A DNA stretch of 64,000 nucleotides, taken from Desulfuromonadales bacterium. Lineage in GTDB: Bacteria; Desulfobacterota; Desulfuromonadia; Desulfuromonadales; Syntrophotaleaceae. Shown in pieces: positions 53,046 to 63,491 of this stretch (position 1 is its first letter; each line of letters begins with the position of its first letter). The position numbers were made by a program, and so were the translations under genes. The notes under the pieces are model-generated. The model ran no database searches, had not been told where the DNA came from, and worked only from the letters and a program-made list of their open reading frames with translations. The DNA is taken from contig JABXKU010000001.1 in assembly GCA_013619105.1 (NCBI GenBank), positions 26,996-90,995 on the forward strand. Reading direction: 5' to 3'.

Positions 53046-53542
53046 GCGAGGCAGGAAAGTTTGCCATTGGCATCTTGACTCTCTCTGATAAAGGGTCTCG
53101 CGGTGAGCGAGAGGATATCAGTGGTCAGGTGATACGTGAAATGGTGGCTCCTCTTGGCTCGGTTCTGCAGTATCAGATTGTTGCTGACGACCTGGATCAG
53201 ATCGTGGCCAAACTAGTGGACTGGGTCGATGCGCAGAAGCTCGACCTGATTTTGACCACTGGAGGTACTGGTATGAGCCCGCGGGATGTGACCCCCGAGG
53301 CAACCTTGAGGGTTATTGACTGGCAGATACCAGGCATGGCCGAGGCCATGCGGGCCACCAGTATGCAGATCACCCCCCACGCCATGTTGTCTCGGGCTCT
53401 GGCCGGGGTGCGTGGCCAGACCATGATCATTAATCTGCCTGGCAGCCCCAAAGGGGTTCGCGAGAACCTGGCTGTGGTACTGCCTGCTTTGGAACATGGG
53501 CTACTCAAACTTAAAGGCGATCCTTCCGATTGCGCCCAGTGA
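53042..53542 (+). CDS. mog: molybdopterin adenylyltransferase (MogA/MoaB family)
   Basis: TTGGTGMSPRDVTPEAT, MLSR and NLPGSPKG are present. Its GTG start overlaps the MOSC stop (GTGA). Confidence 0.85.
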   Translation: MSEAGKFAIGILTLSDKGSRGEREDISGQVIREMVAPLGSVLQYQIVADDLDQIVAKLVDWVDAQKLDLILTTGGTGMSPRDVTPEATLRVIDWQIPGMAEAMRATSMQITPHAMLSRALAGVRGQTMIINLPGSPKGVRENLAVVLPALEHGLLKLKGDPSDCAQ

Positions 53543-53611
53543 CCAATTGAGCGCCGAGTTCGTGCTTGTTGCCTAATTCACTCAATCGATTTTTGCTACC
53601 AAGGTGTATCG

Positions 53612-54328
53612 ATGGCAAAGAAAAAAGTATTACTGGTTAGTAATGGGGATGTATTCAGAGAGGTGGAGAAATCCTTTCTTTACCGAGATGAATATGAACT
53701 GTTGTTTGCCCGCAATGGCGTGGCGGCTTACGAAATGGTTGCGGAGGAACGCCCCCATCTTGTTTTTATGGATATTGTCCTGCCAGAACTAAGCGGCGAT
53801 GAGTGCTGCCGACGCCTCAAAGCCCATCAGGAATTGCGGAATATTCCGGTCATCATGGTGGCCATGGGAGATCGGGTCGAAGAATTGCGGCGTTGCGAGC
53901 GGGCTGGCTGCGATGATATTCTGCTGAAGCCCTTAAACCGGCAGCTGTTCATTGAAGTCGGCCGCCGGCATCTGCAGGTCAGTCAACGGGATGCACCACG
54001 GGTCGCGCTACGGCTCAGTGTGCATTACGGTTTTGGTGCTGAAGAACGGGAACTGCGCGAATATTCCATCAATGTCAGTACGGGCGGTTTGTTTATTGAA
54101 ACCGTCGATCCTCCGCCGGTGGCAACGCCTTTGCGTCTGGAGTTTTTGCTGCCCGAGCAAGAGCGGCCGCTTCGCTGTGTCGGCCGTGTGGCCTGGCTTA
54201 ATGCCGAAGACGGTCAGCAAAATCCGCGGCTGCCAAAAGGCATGGGCGTTCAGTTTGTCGATATGAGCCTCGAAGACATGCGTTTGATCCGCTCGTTTAT
54301 CATGCAGGAACTAGTGGCTCCTTGTTGA
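53612..54328 (+). CDS. response-regulator receiver fused to a PilZ domain (c-di-GMP receptor type)
   Basis: The REC shows LVFMDIVLPELSG and LLKP. The PilZ shows QRDAPRV...SINVSTGGLFIET. Confidence 0.8.
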   Translation: MAKKKVLLVSNGDVFREVEKSFLYRDEYELLFARNGVAAYEMVAEERPHLVFMDIVLPELSGDECCRRLKAHQELRNIPVIMVAMGDRVEELRRCERAGCDDILLKPLNRQLFIEVGRRHLQVSQRDAPRVALRLSVHYGFGAEERELREYSINVSTGGLFIETVDPPPVATPLRLEFLLPEQERPLRCVGRVAWLNAEDGQQNPRLPKGMGVQFVDMSLEDMRLIRSFIMQELVAPC

Positions 54329-54362
54329 ACCGGCAGGGACTAACGACTAAAGGGTTTTAACT

Positions 54363-56027
54363 GTGAGCACAATGTTACATGTCACCATGGGCGGGTTGTT
54401 GGAAGACATAGCCAACCGCTACCCTGATCACGATGCCCTGGTTTATCCCGATCGCGGGCTGCGCTATAGCTACCGACAACTTAATGATCACTGTGATCGT
54501 CTGGCCAAGGGCCTGTTGGCTCTAGGGGTCGCTAAAGGTGATCACATTGCCATCTGGGCGACCAATGTCCCTGAATGGGTGCTTTTGCAGTTTGCTACTG
54601 CCAAAATCGGAGCCATTCTGGTGACGATCAATACCAACTATCAGGCGACCGAGCTGGAATATGTTCTGCGACAGTCCGATGCGCGCAGTCTATTTCTCGT
54701 GCAGGGTTTCAAGGGTACCGATTATCCCGAGACCCTCAGGTCTGTGATTCCCAACCTAGCGGACGCTGCCCCGGGAAAACTGTGTAGCGATAAGTTGCCG
54801 GAACTGAATAATGTAGTTTTTATCGGTGATGGATCCCCTGCCGGTATGCTGCCCTTTTCCGCCCTGGATAAATTGGCCGAGCAGGTGACAGACGATGCGC
54901 TGCAGACGGTTAAAGCCTCCCTGGATGAGCACGAGGTGATCAACATGCAGTACACCTCGGGAACCACAGGTTTTCCTAAGGGGGTGATGTTGACCCATCA
55001 CAACATCATTAACAACGGTTTTCAAATCGGCGAATGTATGAAGTTTTCCGCCGAGGACCGGTTGTGTATCCCGGTGCCCTTTTTCCACTGTTTCGGTTGC
55101 GTGCTCGGTGTACTGGCCTGTGTTACCCATGGCAGCGCTATGGTGCCGGTGGAAATCTTCAATCCTGAAACCGTATTGCAAACCGTCGAAAAGGAGCGCT
55201 GTACCGCCCTGCACGGGGTACCAACCATGTTCATCGCCGAGCTGGATCATCCTCGCTTTAGTCACTACGATCTGAGCAGTCTGCGTACCGGAATCATGGC
55301 TGGTTCGCCCTGTCCTGTAGAGGTCATGAAGCGGGTTATGGGCGATATGTACATGCAAGATATTACCATCGCCTACGGTCAGACCGAGGCCTCGCCTGTG
55401 ATTACCCAGACTCGCACCGATGACACCCTGGGGTTACGGGTTGCCTCGGTCGGCAGGGTGCTGCCCGAGGTCGATGTGAAAATTGTCGATGTGGAGAGCG
55501 GTGCGACTCTGCCGCCAGACCAACAAGGGGAACTTTGCACTCGCGGCTATTTGGTGATGCGCGGCTACTATCGTATGCCCGAGGAAACAGCTCAAGTCAT
55601 CGATTCAGAGGGTTGGTTGCATACCGGAGATTTGGCGATGATGGATGAGCAGGGTTATTGCCGTATTACTGGGCGGATTAAAAATATGATTATTCGCGGC
55701 GGTGAGAACATCTATCCTCGGGAGATCGAGGAGTTTCTGTATACGCATACCAAGGTGGCGGATGTTCAGGTTTACGGGGTTCCTGATGCCAAATATGGTG
55801 AGCAGGTCATGGCGGCTATTAAGCTCAAAGAGGGGCTGGTTTGCGACGAAGAGGAAATACGGGCGTATTGCAGCGGTCAGATTGCCCATTACAAAGTTCC
55901 TCGCTATGTCACCTTTATTAGAGAATTTCCCATGACGGCCAGCGGAAAAATCCAGAAATTCAAACTTCGGGAATTGGCTATTGTTGAGCTGCACCTTCCT
56001 GTCGCAATCTCCAGTGTTTCTGTTTGA
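54363..56027 (+). CDS. AMP-forming acyl-CoA synthetase (fatty-acid-CoA ligase family)
   Basis: [21 protein letters not shown] and SGKIQK are present. The start is GTG at 54363, or alternatively ATG at 54372. Confidence 0.9.
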   Translation: MSTMLHVTMGGLLEDIANRYPDHDALVYPDRGLRYSYRQLNDHCDRLAKGLLALGVAKGDHIAIWATNVPEWVLLQFATAKIGAILVTINTNYQATELEYVLRQSDARSLFLVQGFKGTDYPETLRSVIPNLADAAPGKLCSDKLPELNNVVFIGDGSPAGMLPFSALDKLAEQVTDDALQTVKASLDEHEVINMQYTSGTTGFPKGVMLTHHNIINNGFQIGECMKFSAEDRLCIPVPFFHCFGCVLGVLACVTHGSAMVPVEIFNPETVLQTVEKERCTALHGVPTMFIAELDHPRFSHYDLSSLRTGIMAGSPCPVEVMKRVMGDMYMQDITIAYGQTEASPVITQTRTDDTLGLRVASVGRVLPEVDVKIVDVESGATLPPDQQGELCTRGYLVMRGYYRMPEETAQVIDSEGWLHTGDLAMMDEQGYCRITGRIKNMIIRGGENIYPREIEEFLYTHTKVADVQVYGVPDAKYGEQVMAAIKLKEGLVCDEEEIRAYCSGQIAHYKVPRYVTFIREFPMTASGKIQKFKLRELAIVELHLPVAISSVSV

Positions 56028-56115
56028 TAGGCTTTTGAAACGGATTTAAAATGATATGAATCCTTCTTTTTAGAAGGGGGATTCTGGCCACAGATAAATG
56101 CCCTACTTAAAAAAT

Positions 56116-56147
56116 ACAACGGCCTTTCCTTAGGGAAAGGCCGTTGT
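56116..56147. terminator. bidirectional terminator between the acyl-CoA synthetase gene and the HD-GYP gene
   Basis: A perfect 14-bp stem: ACAACGGCCTTTCC (56116-56129) pairs with GGAAAGGCCGTTGT (56134-56147). It is flanked by AAAAAT upstream and GCTTTT downstream. Confidence 0.8.
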
Positions 56148-56165
56148 GCTTTTATGGGGTTTTGA

Positions 56166-57308
56166 CTACGGAAGAGAGGTGGCTACTTCGTCGATCATTT
56201 GCAGAAACGATGAGCAAAGTTCCGGGTGTAATTCCTGGCCAGCCAGATCGCTCAGCATATTCCTAACCTTGCTTGCGTCCATGGCTTCGCGATAGGAGCG
56301 TTTGGTGCGCAGGGCATCGAAGATGTCGGCTATGGTTGTCATGTGACTGCACAGATGCTGTTGCCAGTTTTTTCTAACTGTAGGGTAGCCGGTCAGATCG
56401 TATTTCATGTGGTGTTCGTAGGCTGTTACCACTGCCAATTGCGGTACCCCCGTTGTGCCGATCAGATATTCTGCGCCCCGCACGGGGTGCAGGCGGATCA
56501 TCTGCCACTCCTCATCGTTGGGTTTTCCTGGCTTGTTGATGATATCGACAGGCAGAAACAGCTTACCGATATCATGCAACAGTGCTGCAATGCCGATGTC
56601 GTGTAGCAATGGGCCTTTGAGACCGAGGCGGCGGGCGTGGGCCAGGGTGAGCAGACAGACGTTGGTCGAGTGGGTGAAGGAATACTGGTCCTGCTGATGC
56701 AAGGGGAAAATGGCCAACAGGGGGTCGAGCTCCTGATCAAGGGCCTGCAGAAAGTGAATGACAATTTCCTTCAAGCCGGTAACGCTGAGGGAGCGATTCT
56801 TGCTAGCTCCAGTACAAATTTCTGCCAGTCGGTCCCGTTCACAATGCAACAGGTCGCTCTCAGTAGACGTTTGGCTAATTCTGGTTGCACCTTCGCCCTG
56901 AACGGTCCTCGACATGTCGATGCTGCCGAATCGTAAATTAGTACTGTTCTGCGGTGATTGAGGGGGCTGTTGGCGCTTAGCTAACAACAGAATCAGTTGC
57001 AGAAGTTCCGCTTGGTTAATTTCCCCCCGCAGGCTGAGATGTTCGATGCCGCGGTGTTTAAGGGCATCGACAAAACGGATGGTATGCAGGGTCTCAGGTA
57101 AAGGGTTCTTGTCAAGAATGATGTTCTGATCGATGAGCATGATATCGATTCTTGTATCAGCGTCCATCAGCGATTGGATCAGTTTAAGTGCTTTTTCGAC
57201 CAGGTGGCTAACCTGCGGATGTTGCAGATTGTAAAGGTCGGCATTAGCAGCGGCCGTCACTAGCAGCCGGAAAAAGTTTTGCCAGGTTGCAGATCGGTTT
57301 TGGCTCAC
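56166..57308 (-). CDS. HD-GYP domain protein with an uncharacterised N-terminal domain
   Basis: LHDIGKL and YEHHMKYDLTGYP are present. The GTG at 57308 overlaps the upstream TGA (GTGA) and has AAGGGGA upstream. The longer track ORF (to 57476) would overlap the upstream gene by 172 nt. Confidence 0.8.
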   Translation of the reverse strand: MSQNRSATWQNFFRLLVTAAANADLYNLQHPQVSHLVEKALKLIQSLMDADTRIDIMLIDQNIILDKNPLPETLHTIRFVDALKHRGIEHLSLRGEINQAELLQLILLLAKRQQPPQSPQNSTNLRFGSIDMSRTVQGEGATRISQTSTESDLLHCERDRLAEICTGASKNRSLSVTGLKEIVIHFLQALDQELDPLLAIFPLHQQDQYSFTHSTNVCLLTLAHARRLGLKGPLLHDIGIAALLHDIGKLFLPVDIINKPGKPNDEEWQMIRLHPVRGAEYLIGTTGVPQLAVVTAYEHHMKYDLTGYPTVRKNWQQHLCSHMTTIADIFDALRTKRSYREAMDASKVRNMLSDLAGQELHPELCSSFLQMIDEVATSLP

Positions 57309-59581
57309 GATGTCCCCTTTAACAGTTCTGCTCGGGCCTGTCGAACCAGGCGCGCTACCGCTGGTTGTTTTATGCTTGAAAGTCTGTTGAGCAGAGTTTC
57401 GGTATCTTCGACTGAGAAATGCAGCAAGCTGCGTAGAATGCGTTGACGCAAGCGCATTAGCCGCCGGGGATGCCACAGGCTAAAAGCGCGAAAGCGATCT
57501 TCGAGGTGGGGTAGTAAGTCTTTTGTGCCCTGTTCAAGCAAAGAATCGAGGGCTGCAAACTTTAGATGCAACCCCTGCAAGGAAAGGTTCCGGTCGCCAA
57601 GCAGGACCAAGAGAAAGGATCTAACCGTTGGGTTTTTGCAGTGCCGGGCCATTTTTACTGCAGAAAGGCGGCGTTGAAATTCGGGATGAGTGAATTCCTC
57701 AAGAAGATAGTTACTGCCTTGCGGGTACTGGAAAAAAAGAGCTGTTTTCAAAACCTCTTGACGGACTCTTTCGTGAGGATGATGCCACAAGTGGGCGAGG
57801 TCGGTCACACAGGACGGGTCTTCTAACCGGCGCAGAATGATGACTAGATTTCTCAAGTAGTACCAGCGGCTATCCTTGAGTCGTAACACGGTTTTTTCTT
57901 TGATCGCTATGCCCTGGTCGACCAAGCAGTTCATGTAAAATTGGCGCAGGGCGCGATTTGACTCTATAGCCAAGCGGTCAAGTAAGGGGCCAATCACTGC
58001 TTGACCGATGCCCTTGAGTAGGCGGGCGCCCTCTTCGAAGGCGTTTTTCCCCCAGGCTTTCAACTTGTCCAAAACTTGTGAAATAAACGCAGGGGTTTCA
58101 AGTTCGGTGCGTAATTCGTGAAGCCACCTAGGGTGCTCAGCCGTTCCTTGGTTTGTGCAAGGGGCCAGTCGCAAAAAGATATTCGCCAGGGAGGTAAAAT
58201 CTCCGGTATCGAGAAAATGCCTACAAAGCAGCAACAGGGACTCTTTAAAATTCTGGGTTTTGCCCTCACCACACCCGGTTCGGGTTAGCTCAAAAATGAT
58301 ATCGCTGACCTTGCTTTCCAGGGGTTGCTGACTAAAGGACGATTGCCAGAAGTGTGCGTCGGCTGGAGCGGTCGATTTAAGTTCGCCAGGGATTTCAATC
58401 AAACGCAGTGTTTCGCTGTACTCGCAGGGAATAAAGGTTTCCGACTCGTCCTGGGCATAGAGGGGGCTCAATAATTGCTCGGAACCGATGGCTGCGCTCT
58501 TTGCTATGGCGTTCTCCTTGGTAGCGGGGGCGCCTGCTCCTTGGCTAGGTCCACATTTGGCCAACCGGTCCAGTAGGGTAAAGATAATAGGCGGTATGGT
58601 TGTCTGCCTGGCATTCAGGGTTTCCACAGTATCTAATAGCATCGTGCCAGAAAACTGAGATAGCACCTTCTCTGCTAGCTTTTCATTGGGGGCTACGGCA
58701 CGAAAGGTGCTATTTAGCAATTGTGCACGTAATTCCGGGTTGAGTTTGGAAGCTAGCCCCTGGAGTCGGGCGAGAGCCAGCGAATTGTCCATGTCGGACA
58801 GGTGTTCCCGATCCAGTTCGCGCAAAAATTCGGTAATCGCCTGATCGTAGTTCCCCTCCTGGGGCAATTCATCATCAACATCCTGATGGTTTAAGCGTTC
58901 GGCCACCGCTTGCGGTACGAATTCATCCGCCAACGGTTGTGCCCCTTTATTGGGCGCTGCCTTGCCAACCAGCATCTGCTGGACAAATTGCTCCCATATC
59001 GCGGTTTCCTTTTTTTTAACCGCGGTCCGGTTAAGGGGTTTATCGCTGATCTGCTCAGATATGCTGAAAGTGCTGTAATCGACCAGTTTGATCTGAACGG
59101 TATCGATTGCGGCTGCTTTCATTAGCTGCAACAGCCCGCCGCGAGCCTGAACTATTTCTCTGCTTTGGCCGACAATCTCTAGAAATCGCTGTAACTGTTC
59201 TTCGTTGAGGTTTTGGTGTAGAGAGACAACCGCTATGCCATGGCTAAAAAAGTGGATGGCGAATTCCCTGAAAACAGGATTTTTTTCGTCCAGTACGGTC
59301 TGACCAATAAGCAGCTTGTCCTTGCTGATACCGAGGGATAGAAGACCCTTTTCCGGTTGTAGTTGTTCCTTGAAACTCAAGGCTCGGCGAACGCTTTGGC
59401 CGATAATCGGGTGTCCTGCGGGATAGGTGAGGGTATGATGACGTGCGATGTTGAGTTCGTAGATAAATTTGCTCAGCAGCTTGAGATCAAGTCGCAATTG
59501 CACTTTTTGACTGGGATAGGGGGGCAACAGGTACTCCAGAATAGAGGTTTGTCGCACTGTTTTTGCACAGGGTTTATGCAC
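57305..59581 (-). CDS. 758-aa hypothetical protein with C-terminal HEAT-like repeats
   Basis: This long ORF is coupled to the downstream HD-GYP gene and sits 24 nt after the NtrC-like gene. Its N-terminal ~100 aa is alignable to the N-terminus of the HD-GYP protein. Confidence 0.7.
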   Translation of the reverse strand: MHKPCAKTVRQTSILEYLLPPYPSQKVQLRLDLKLLSKFIYELNIARHHTLTYPAGHPIIGQSVRRALSFKEQLQPEKGLLSLGISKDKLLIGQTVLDEKNPVFREFAIHFFSHGIAVVSLHQNLNEEQLQRFLEIVGQSREIVQARGGLLQLMKAAAIDTVQIKLVDYSTFSISEQISDKPLNRTAVKKKETAIWEQFVQQMLVGKAAPNKGAQPLADEFVPQAVAERLNHQDVDDELPQEGNYDQAITEFLRELDREHLSDMDNSLALARLQGLASKLNPELRAQLLNSTFRAVAPNEKLAEKVLSQFSGTMLLDTVETLNARQTTIPPIIFTLLDRLAKCGPSQGAGAPATKENAIAKSAAIGSEQLLSPLYAQDESETFIPCEYSETLRLIEIPGELKSTAPADAHFWQSSFSQQPLESKVSDIIFELTRTGCGEGKTQNFKESLLLLCRHFLDTGDFTSLANIFLRLAPCTNQGTAEHPRWLHELRTELETPAFISQVLDKLKAWGKNAFEEGARLLKGIGQAVIGPLLDRLAIESNRALRQFYMNCLVDQGIAIKEKTVLRLKDSRWYYLRNLVIILRRLEDPSCVTDLAHLWHHPHERVRQEVLKTALFFQYPQGSNYLLEEFTHPEFQRRLSAVKMARHCKNPTVRSFLLVLLGDRNLSLQGLHLKFAALDSLLEQGTKDLLPHLEDRFRAFSLWHPRRLMRLRQRILRSLLHFSVEDTETLLNRLSSIKQPAVARLVRQARAELLKGTS

Positions 59582-59604
59582 GTGCCAGGATGGTAAATCC
59601 CGTG

Positions 59605-60993
59605 TCAGGCCTCGATTCTCAAGCGTTTTATTTTTTCAACCAGTGTGGTCCTTTTGATGTTGAGCAGGTTCGCGGCTCTGGCCTTGACACCGTTGGCCAG
59701 AGCGAGTGCTGACTGAATCAGGTCGCGCTCGATGCCGGCCACAAACTGGGGCATGTCGACGCCCTGTTCCGTTACTTTTGGGCAGGCGACTGCAGACCCA
59801 TTGCTGTCTGTATCTGTTTGATCGAAGTCGGTAGGCAGGTCGGCGAGTTCGATAACGTTACCCTCAGAAAGGGTAATGGTCCGCTCGACCACGTTTTCCA
59901 GTTCGCGAACATTGCCGGGCCACGGGTAAGCCTCCATAGCACGCATGGCTTCGTTGCTGAAGGTTGCCTGGATACGGTCGGATTCCTGACAGATTTTCGT
60001 TACAAAATGTCGGGCCAGCAGGGCGATATCTTCGCACCTTTCTTTTAAGGCAGGCAGTTTGATGGGAATAACGTTGAGACGATAGTAGAGGTCCTCACGA
60101 AACGTTCCCCCCTTGACTGAATCTTCCAAGTGAGCGTTGGTTGCGGAAATAACCCGTACATCGAGCTTGATGATTTTGTTGTCACCGACTTTTTCTACCT
60201 CATGTTCCTGCAGCACCCGTAGTAGTTTTACCTGCAGATGGAGGGGCATGGTGGCGATTTCATCGAGGAAAATCGTGCCGTGGTTGGCCTGTTCGAACTT
60301 GCCTTTTTTGTCCGCAACCGCTCCGGTAAAAGCCCCCTTGACATGGCCGAAGAGTTCACTTTCGAGCAGTTCGGCCGGTATGGCGCCACAGTTAATGGCG
60401 ACAAAGGGTTTGTCTTTACGATTGCCGTTGAAATGAATCGCCTTGGCAACCAGCTCCTTGCCGGTGCCAGAATCGCCCAGAATCAGAATAGTTGAATCGG
60501 TGCCGACGATCTTTTCCATGCGTGAGAAGACCTGCTGCATGGCCAGGCTGTTGCCAATGATTTTGTCAAAACGGTATTTGCCGCGGAGTTGCTGGCGTAG
60601 ATAGAGGTTTTCGCTCAGAAGTTGAGTTTTTTCCAGCGCCTTGGCGATGACTACCTTGAGCCGCTCTAAATGTAGTGGTTTGGTCAGATAGTCGAAGGCG
60701 CCGCTCTTCATGGCTTCCACGGCGGTTTCCGCTGAGGCCTTGCCGGTAATAAGAATCACACAGCTGGAGGGGGCATCCTCTTTAACTTTTTTCAAGATGT
60801 CGATACCGCTGATTCCGGGCAAGAAGAGGTCGGTGAGAATCACTTCAAAGCTGTTCTTTTGCAACAACTCCAGAGCCTCTTCACCGCTGGCGGCGGATTG
60901 TACCTGATAACCGATGCTGGTAAGCAGTAAGGATATCGCTTCACGGTTGCTCGGGTCATCGTCAATGACCAGAATTTGAGAATACGGTTTCAT
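59605..60993 (-). CDS. sigma-54-dependent response regulator (NtrC family: REC, AAA+, Fis-type HTH)
   Basis: The REC shows ILVIDDDPSN and ILTDLFLPGISG. The AAA+ domain shows GDSGTGKE, GAFTGA and ESELFGH. The C-terminal HTH is RAANLLNIKRTTLVEKIKRL. Confidence 0.93.
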   Translation of the reverse strand: MKPYSQILVIDDDPSNREAISLLLTSIGYQVQSAASGEEALELLQKNSFEVILTDLFLPGISGIDILKKVKEDAPSSCVILITGKASAETAVEAMKSGAFDYLTKPLHLERLKVVIAKALEKTQLLSENLYLRQQLRGKYRFDKIIGNSLAMQQVFSRMEKIVGTDSTILILGDSGTGKELVAKAIHFNGNRKDKPFVAINCGAIPAELLESELFGHVKGAFTGAVADKKGKFEQANHGTIFLDEIATMPLHLQVKLLRVLQEHEVEKVGDNKIIKLDVRVISATNAHLEDSVKGGTFREDLYYRLNVIPIKLPALKERCEDIALLARHFVTKICQESDRIQATFSNEAMRAMEAYPWPGNVRELENVVERTITLSEGNVIELADLPTDFDQTDTDSNGSAVACPKVTEQGVDMPQFVAGIERDLIQSALALANGVKARAANLLNIKRTTLVEKIKRLRIEA

Positions 60994-61139
60994 GGTACTT
61001 TCCCGCCCGGTAGAGTGGCGTCAGTTATTTGACGTTCTTGACAGATATCACACTCAAACGCCTAGAGCAAGAAGTCGTTGAATTTATTCTGAAATGGTGT
61101 CGGGTAATTGACAGCTAAGTGCCTTCGGTTAATCTTATT

Positions 61140-62465
61140 ATGATGAAGATACAGTGGTTTATCCTTCTGATAGGCATGGCGCTGCTGTTGCTGCCTGGCG
61201 TTAGTGTTTTACCGGGACGGACGGAGCAACCTGTCGTTCCGCGTATCGGTGCCGTGCGGGTCGCAGACGTCATAAGTCCGCCGGTGGCGGAGTTCATCGT
61301 TGCCCAACTGGACAAGTCCAACCGGGATGGGCTGAACGCTTTTTTATTGGAACTCGATACCCCCGGCGGCCTCGACAGTTCCATGCGCACGATTATTCAG
61401 GAGTTGCTCGGTTCTGATATTCCGGTGATCGTCTATGTCAACCCAGCTGGCGCCCGCGCGGCCTCAGCTGGTGCATTGATTGCCTTGGCAGCCGATTTTG
61501 CCGTGATGGCCCCGGGGACCACTATCGGTGCCGCTCACCCGGTCGCAATGGGTATTGGTGGCGGCCAGAACGAGGTGATGCTCAACAAGGTCACTGAGGA
61601 TGCTGCGGCATATGCCCGCAGCATTGCGCAACAGCGCGGCAGAAATGCGGAACTAGCTGAACTCATGGTGCGAGAGAACCTGTCCTTGGCGGCGCAAGAA
61701 GCCGTGCGCCGGCAAGTAGTCGATCTTTTGGCGGCAGACGAAACAGCCCTGCTTACAGCCCTGGACGGATCTGAATACCGGCGAGGGGACCAGCACCTTA
61801 CCCTGCGCACCGCCGGGGGCGAATTAATGTTCGCCGAAATGAGCTGGCGACAGAAGATACTCACAGTTATCAGCCAGCCTAACATCGCTTACATGTTGTT
61901 GATGCTGGGCGTGCTCGGCATCTTTTTCGAAATATCTCAGCCCGGTGTCATTTTGCCCGGTGCCCTTGGTAGCATAGCTCTATTGCTAGCCTTTTTCGCT
62001 TTTCAGACCCTGCCGATCAACTATGTTGGCGTATTGTTAATTTTTTTGGCCTTAGTGCTGTTTATCCTTGAGGTGAAAGTAGTTTCATACGGCATGCTGA
62101 GCATTGGCGGCATTGTTTCCATGACTCTGGGGTCCTTGATGCTGATAGAATATCCTGAACCATTTTTGCGCATCTCCTGGTCGGTTATCGCCGGAACAGT
62201 AGCGGTAATTAGCGCTTTATTTCTGCTGATCCTTTATTGCGTTGTGCGAACTCAGCGCCGTCGATTCTTTTCCGGGGCTGAAGGGATGGTTGGTGAGCTT
62301 GGTGAAGCAGTCACCGATATTCATCAAGAGGGTAAGGTCTTTGTCCATGGGGAGTACTGGCAGGCTTATGCGGCCGCTCCTATTGGTCAAGGCGAGAAGG
62401 TTGAGGTGGTGTGCGTCGGCAGCAATATGCGCCTCGAGGTCAAAACGGTATCACCTATTAAATGA
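61140..62465 (+). CDS. NfeD-family membrane-bound serine protease (ClpP-like domain, TM block, C-terminal OB domain)
   Basis: The ClpP-class segment is LELDTPGG...ARAASAGALIA. Four or five TM segments follow, and the C-terminus is GKVFVHGEYWQA. Confidence 0.88.
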   Translation: MMKIQWFILLIGMALLLLPGVSVLPGRTEQPVVPRIGAVRVADVISPPVAEFIVAQLDKSNRDGLNAFLLELDTPGGLDSSMRTIIQELLGSDIPVIVYVNPAGARAASAGALIALAADFAVMAPGTTIGAAHPVAMGIGGGQNEVMLNKVTEDAAAYARSIAQQRGRNAELAELMVRENLSLAAQEAVRRQVVDLLAADETALLTALDGSEYRRGDQHLTLRTAGGELMFAEMSWRQKILTVISQPNIAYMLLMLGVLGIFFEISQPGVILPGALGSIALLLAFFAFQTLPINYVGVLLIFLALVLFILEVKVVSYGMLSIGGIVSMTLGSLMLIEYPEPFLRISWSVIAGTVAVISALFLLILYCVVRTQRRRFFSGAEGMVGELGEAVTDIHQEGKVFVHGEYWQAYAAAPIGQGEKVEVVCVGSNMRLEVKTVSPIK

Positions 62466-62530
62466 GGTTGTTTAGCTGCTCTTGCAAGGAATGATAGCTT
62501 GTCGATTCCAGGATGGCAAAAGGAGGCAAC

Positions 62531-63283
62531 ATGGCATTTCCGATTATCATCATATTTCTGGTCATACTGATTCTCAGCAGTGCAGTGCGCATTATTATGG
62601 AATACGAGCGGGGGGTCGTGTTTCGTCTAGGACGATTTTCGAGCGTTAAGGGGCCGGGGTTACGATTTATTATACCAATAGTGGATCGGATAAGAAAAAT
62701 CAGTTTGCGTACTGTGGCTATGGATGTGCCTCCTCAGGATGTCATTACCAAGGACAATGTTTCGATCAAGGTCAATGCGGTGCTCTATTTTCGTGTGGTC
62801 GGTCCGGATAAGGCTATCATCGAGGTGCAAGACTATCTGTATGCTACCAGCCAATTGGCCCAGACCTCCCTGCGTAGTGTATTGGGCCAATCGGAACTGG
62901 ACGAGCTTCTGGCCCATCGTGAACAGATCAATCAGCATCTGCAGGAAATTCTCGACCGGCAGACAGACCCTTGGGGGGTGAAGATCTCTAACGTCGAAAT
63001 TAAGCATGTTGATCTTCCGGTGGAAATGCAAAGAGCTATGGCCCGTCAGGCCGAAGCGGAGAGAGAGCGTCGTGCCAAAGTGATTCATGCCGAAGGCGAA
63101 TATCAGGCAGCTCAGAAACTGACCGAGGCAGCAGTTATCCTCTCTACGGATAAGAGTGCCTTGCAACTGCGCTTTTTACAGACTTTGACCGAAGTGGCCG
63201 CTGAAAAAAACTCGACGATCATATTCCCCTTTCCTATTGATCTGGTCCGGCCGTTTCTTGAACGGGAAACAAAAAACGATTGA
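62531..63283 (+). CDS. SPFH/band-7 (stomatin-like) protein
   Basis: An N-terminal TM segment is followed by [12 protein letters not shown] and TKDNV.I.V.A..YFRV, with a coiled C-terminus ([10 protein letters not shown]). AAGGAGG lies upstream of the ATG at 62531. Confidence 0.9.
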   Translation: MAFPIIIIFLVILILSSAVRIIMEYERGVVFRLGRFSSVKGPGLRFIIPIVDRIRKISLRTVAMDVPPQDVITKDNVSIKVNAVLYFRVVGPDKAIIEVQDYLYATSQLAQTSLRSVLGQSELDELLAHREQINQHLQEILDRQTDPWGVKISNVEIKHVDLPVEMQRAMARQAEAERERRAKVIHAEGEYQAAQKLTEAAVILSTDKSALQLRFLQTLTEVAAEKNSTIIFPFPIDLVRPFLERETKND

Positions 63284-63305
63284 TTTTGGCTTCCTGGTTA
63301 TATTT

Positions 63306-63339
63306 AAGCGCACAGCCCCGCTGATGGGGCTGTGCGCTT
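63306..63339 (+). terminator. hairpin after the SPFH gene (probable terminator)
   Basis: A perfect 14-bp stem: AAGCGCACAGCCCC pairs with GGGGCTGTGCGCTT across a 6-nt loop. The downstream T-run is weak (TGAGGTTT). Confidence 0.55.
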
Positions 63340-63491
63340 TGAGGTTTAGTCTTCGCCAGACAGGGTAAAGTACTGAATCCAATTGATATTTAGATTCTCC
63401 AAAAAAAGTTCATATTGATTTGTGTCGACGCTTCTGATAGCATCGAGTGTTCAGGATAAGGTTAATCATTGCTGTTTGGAGGGTACTTGGA

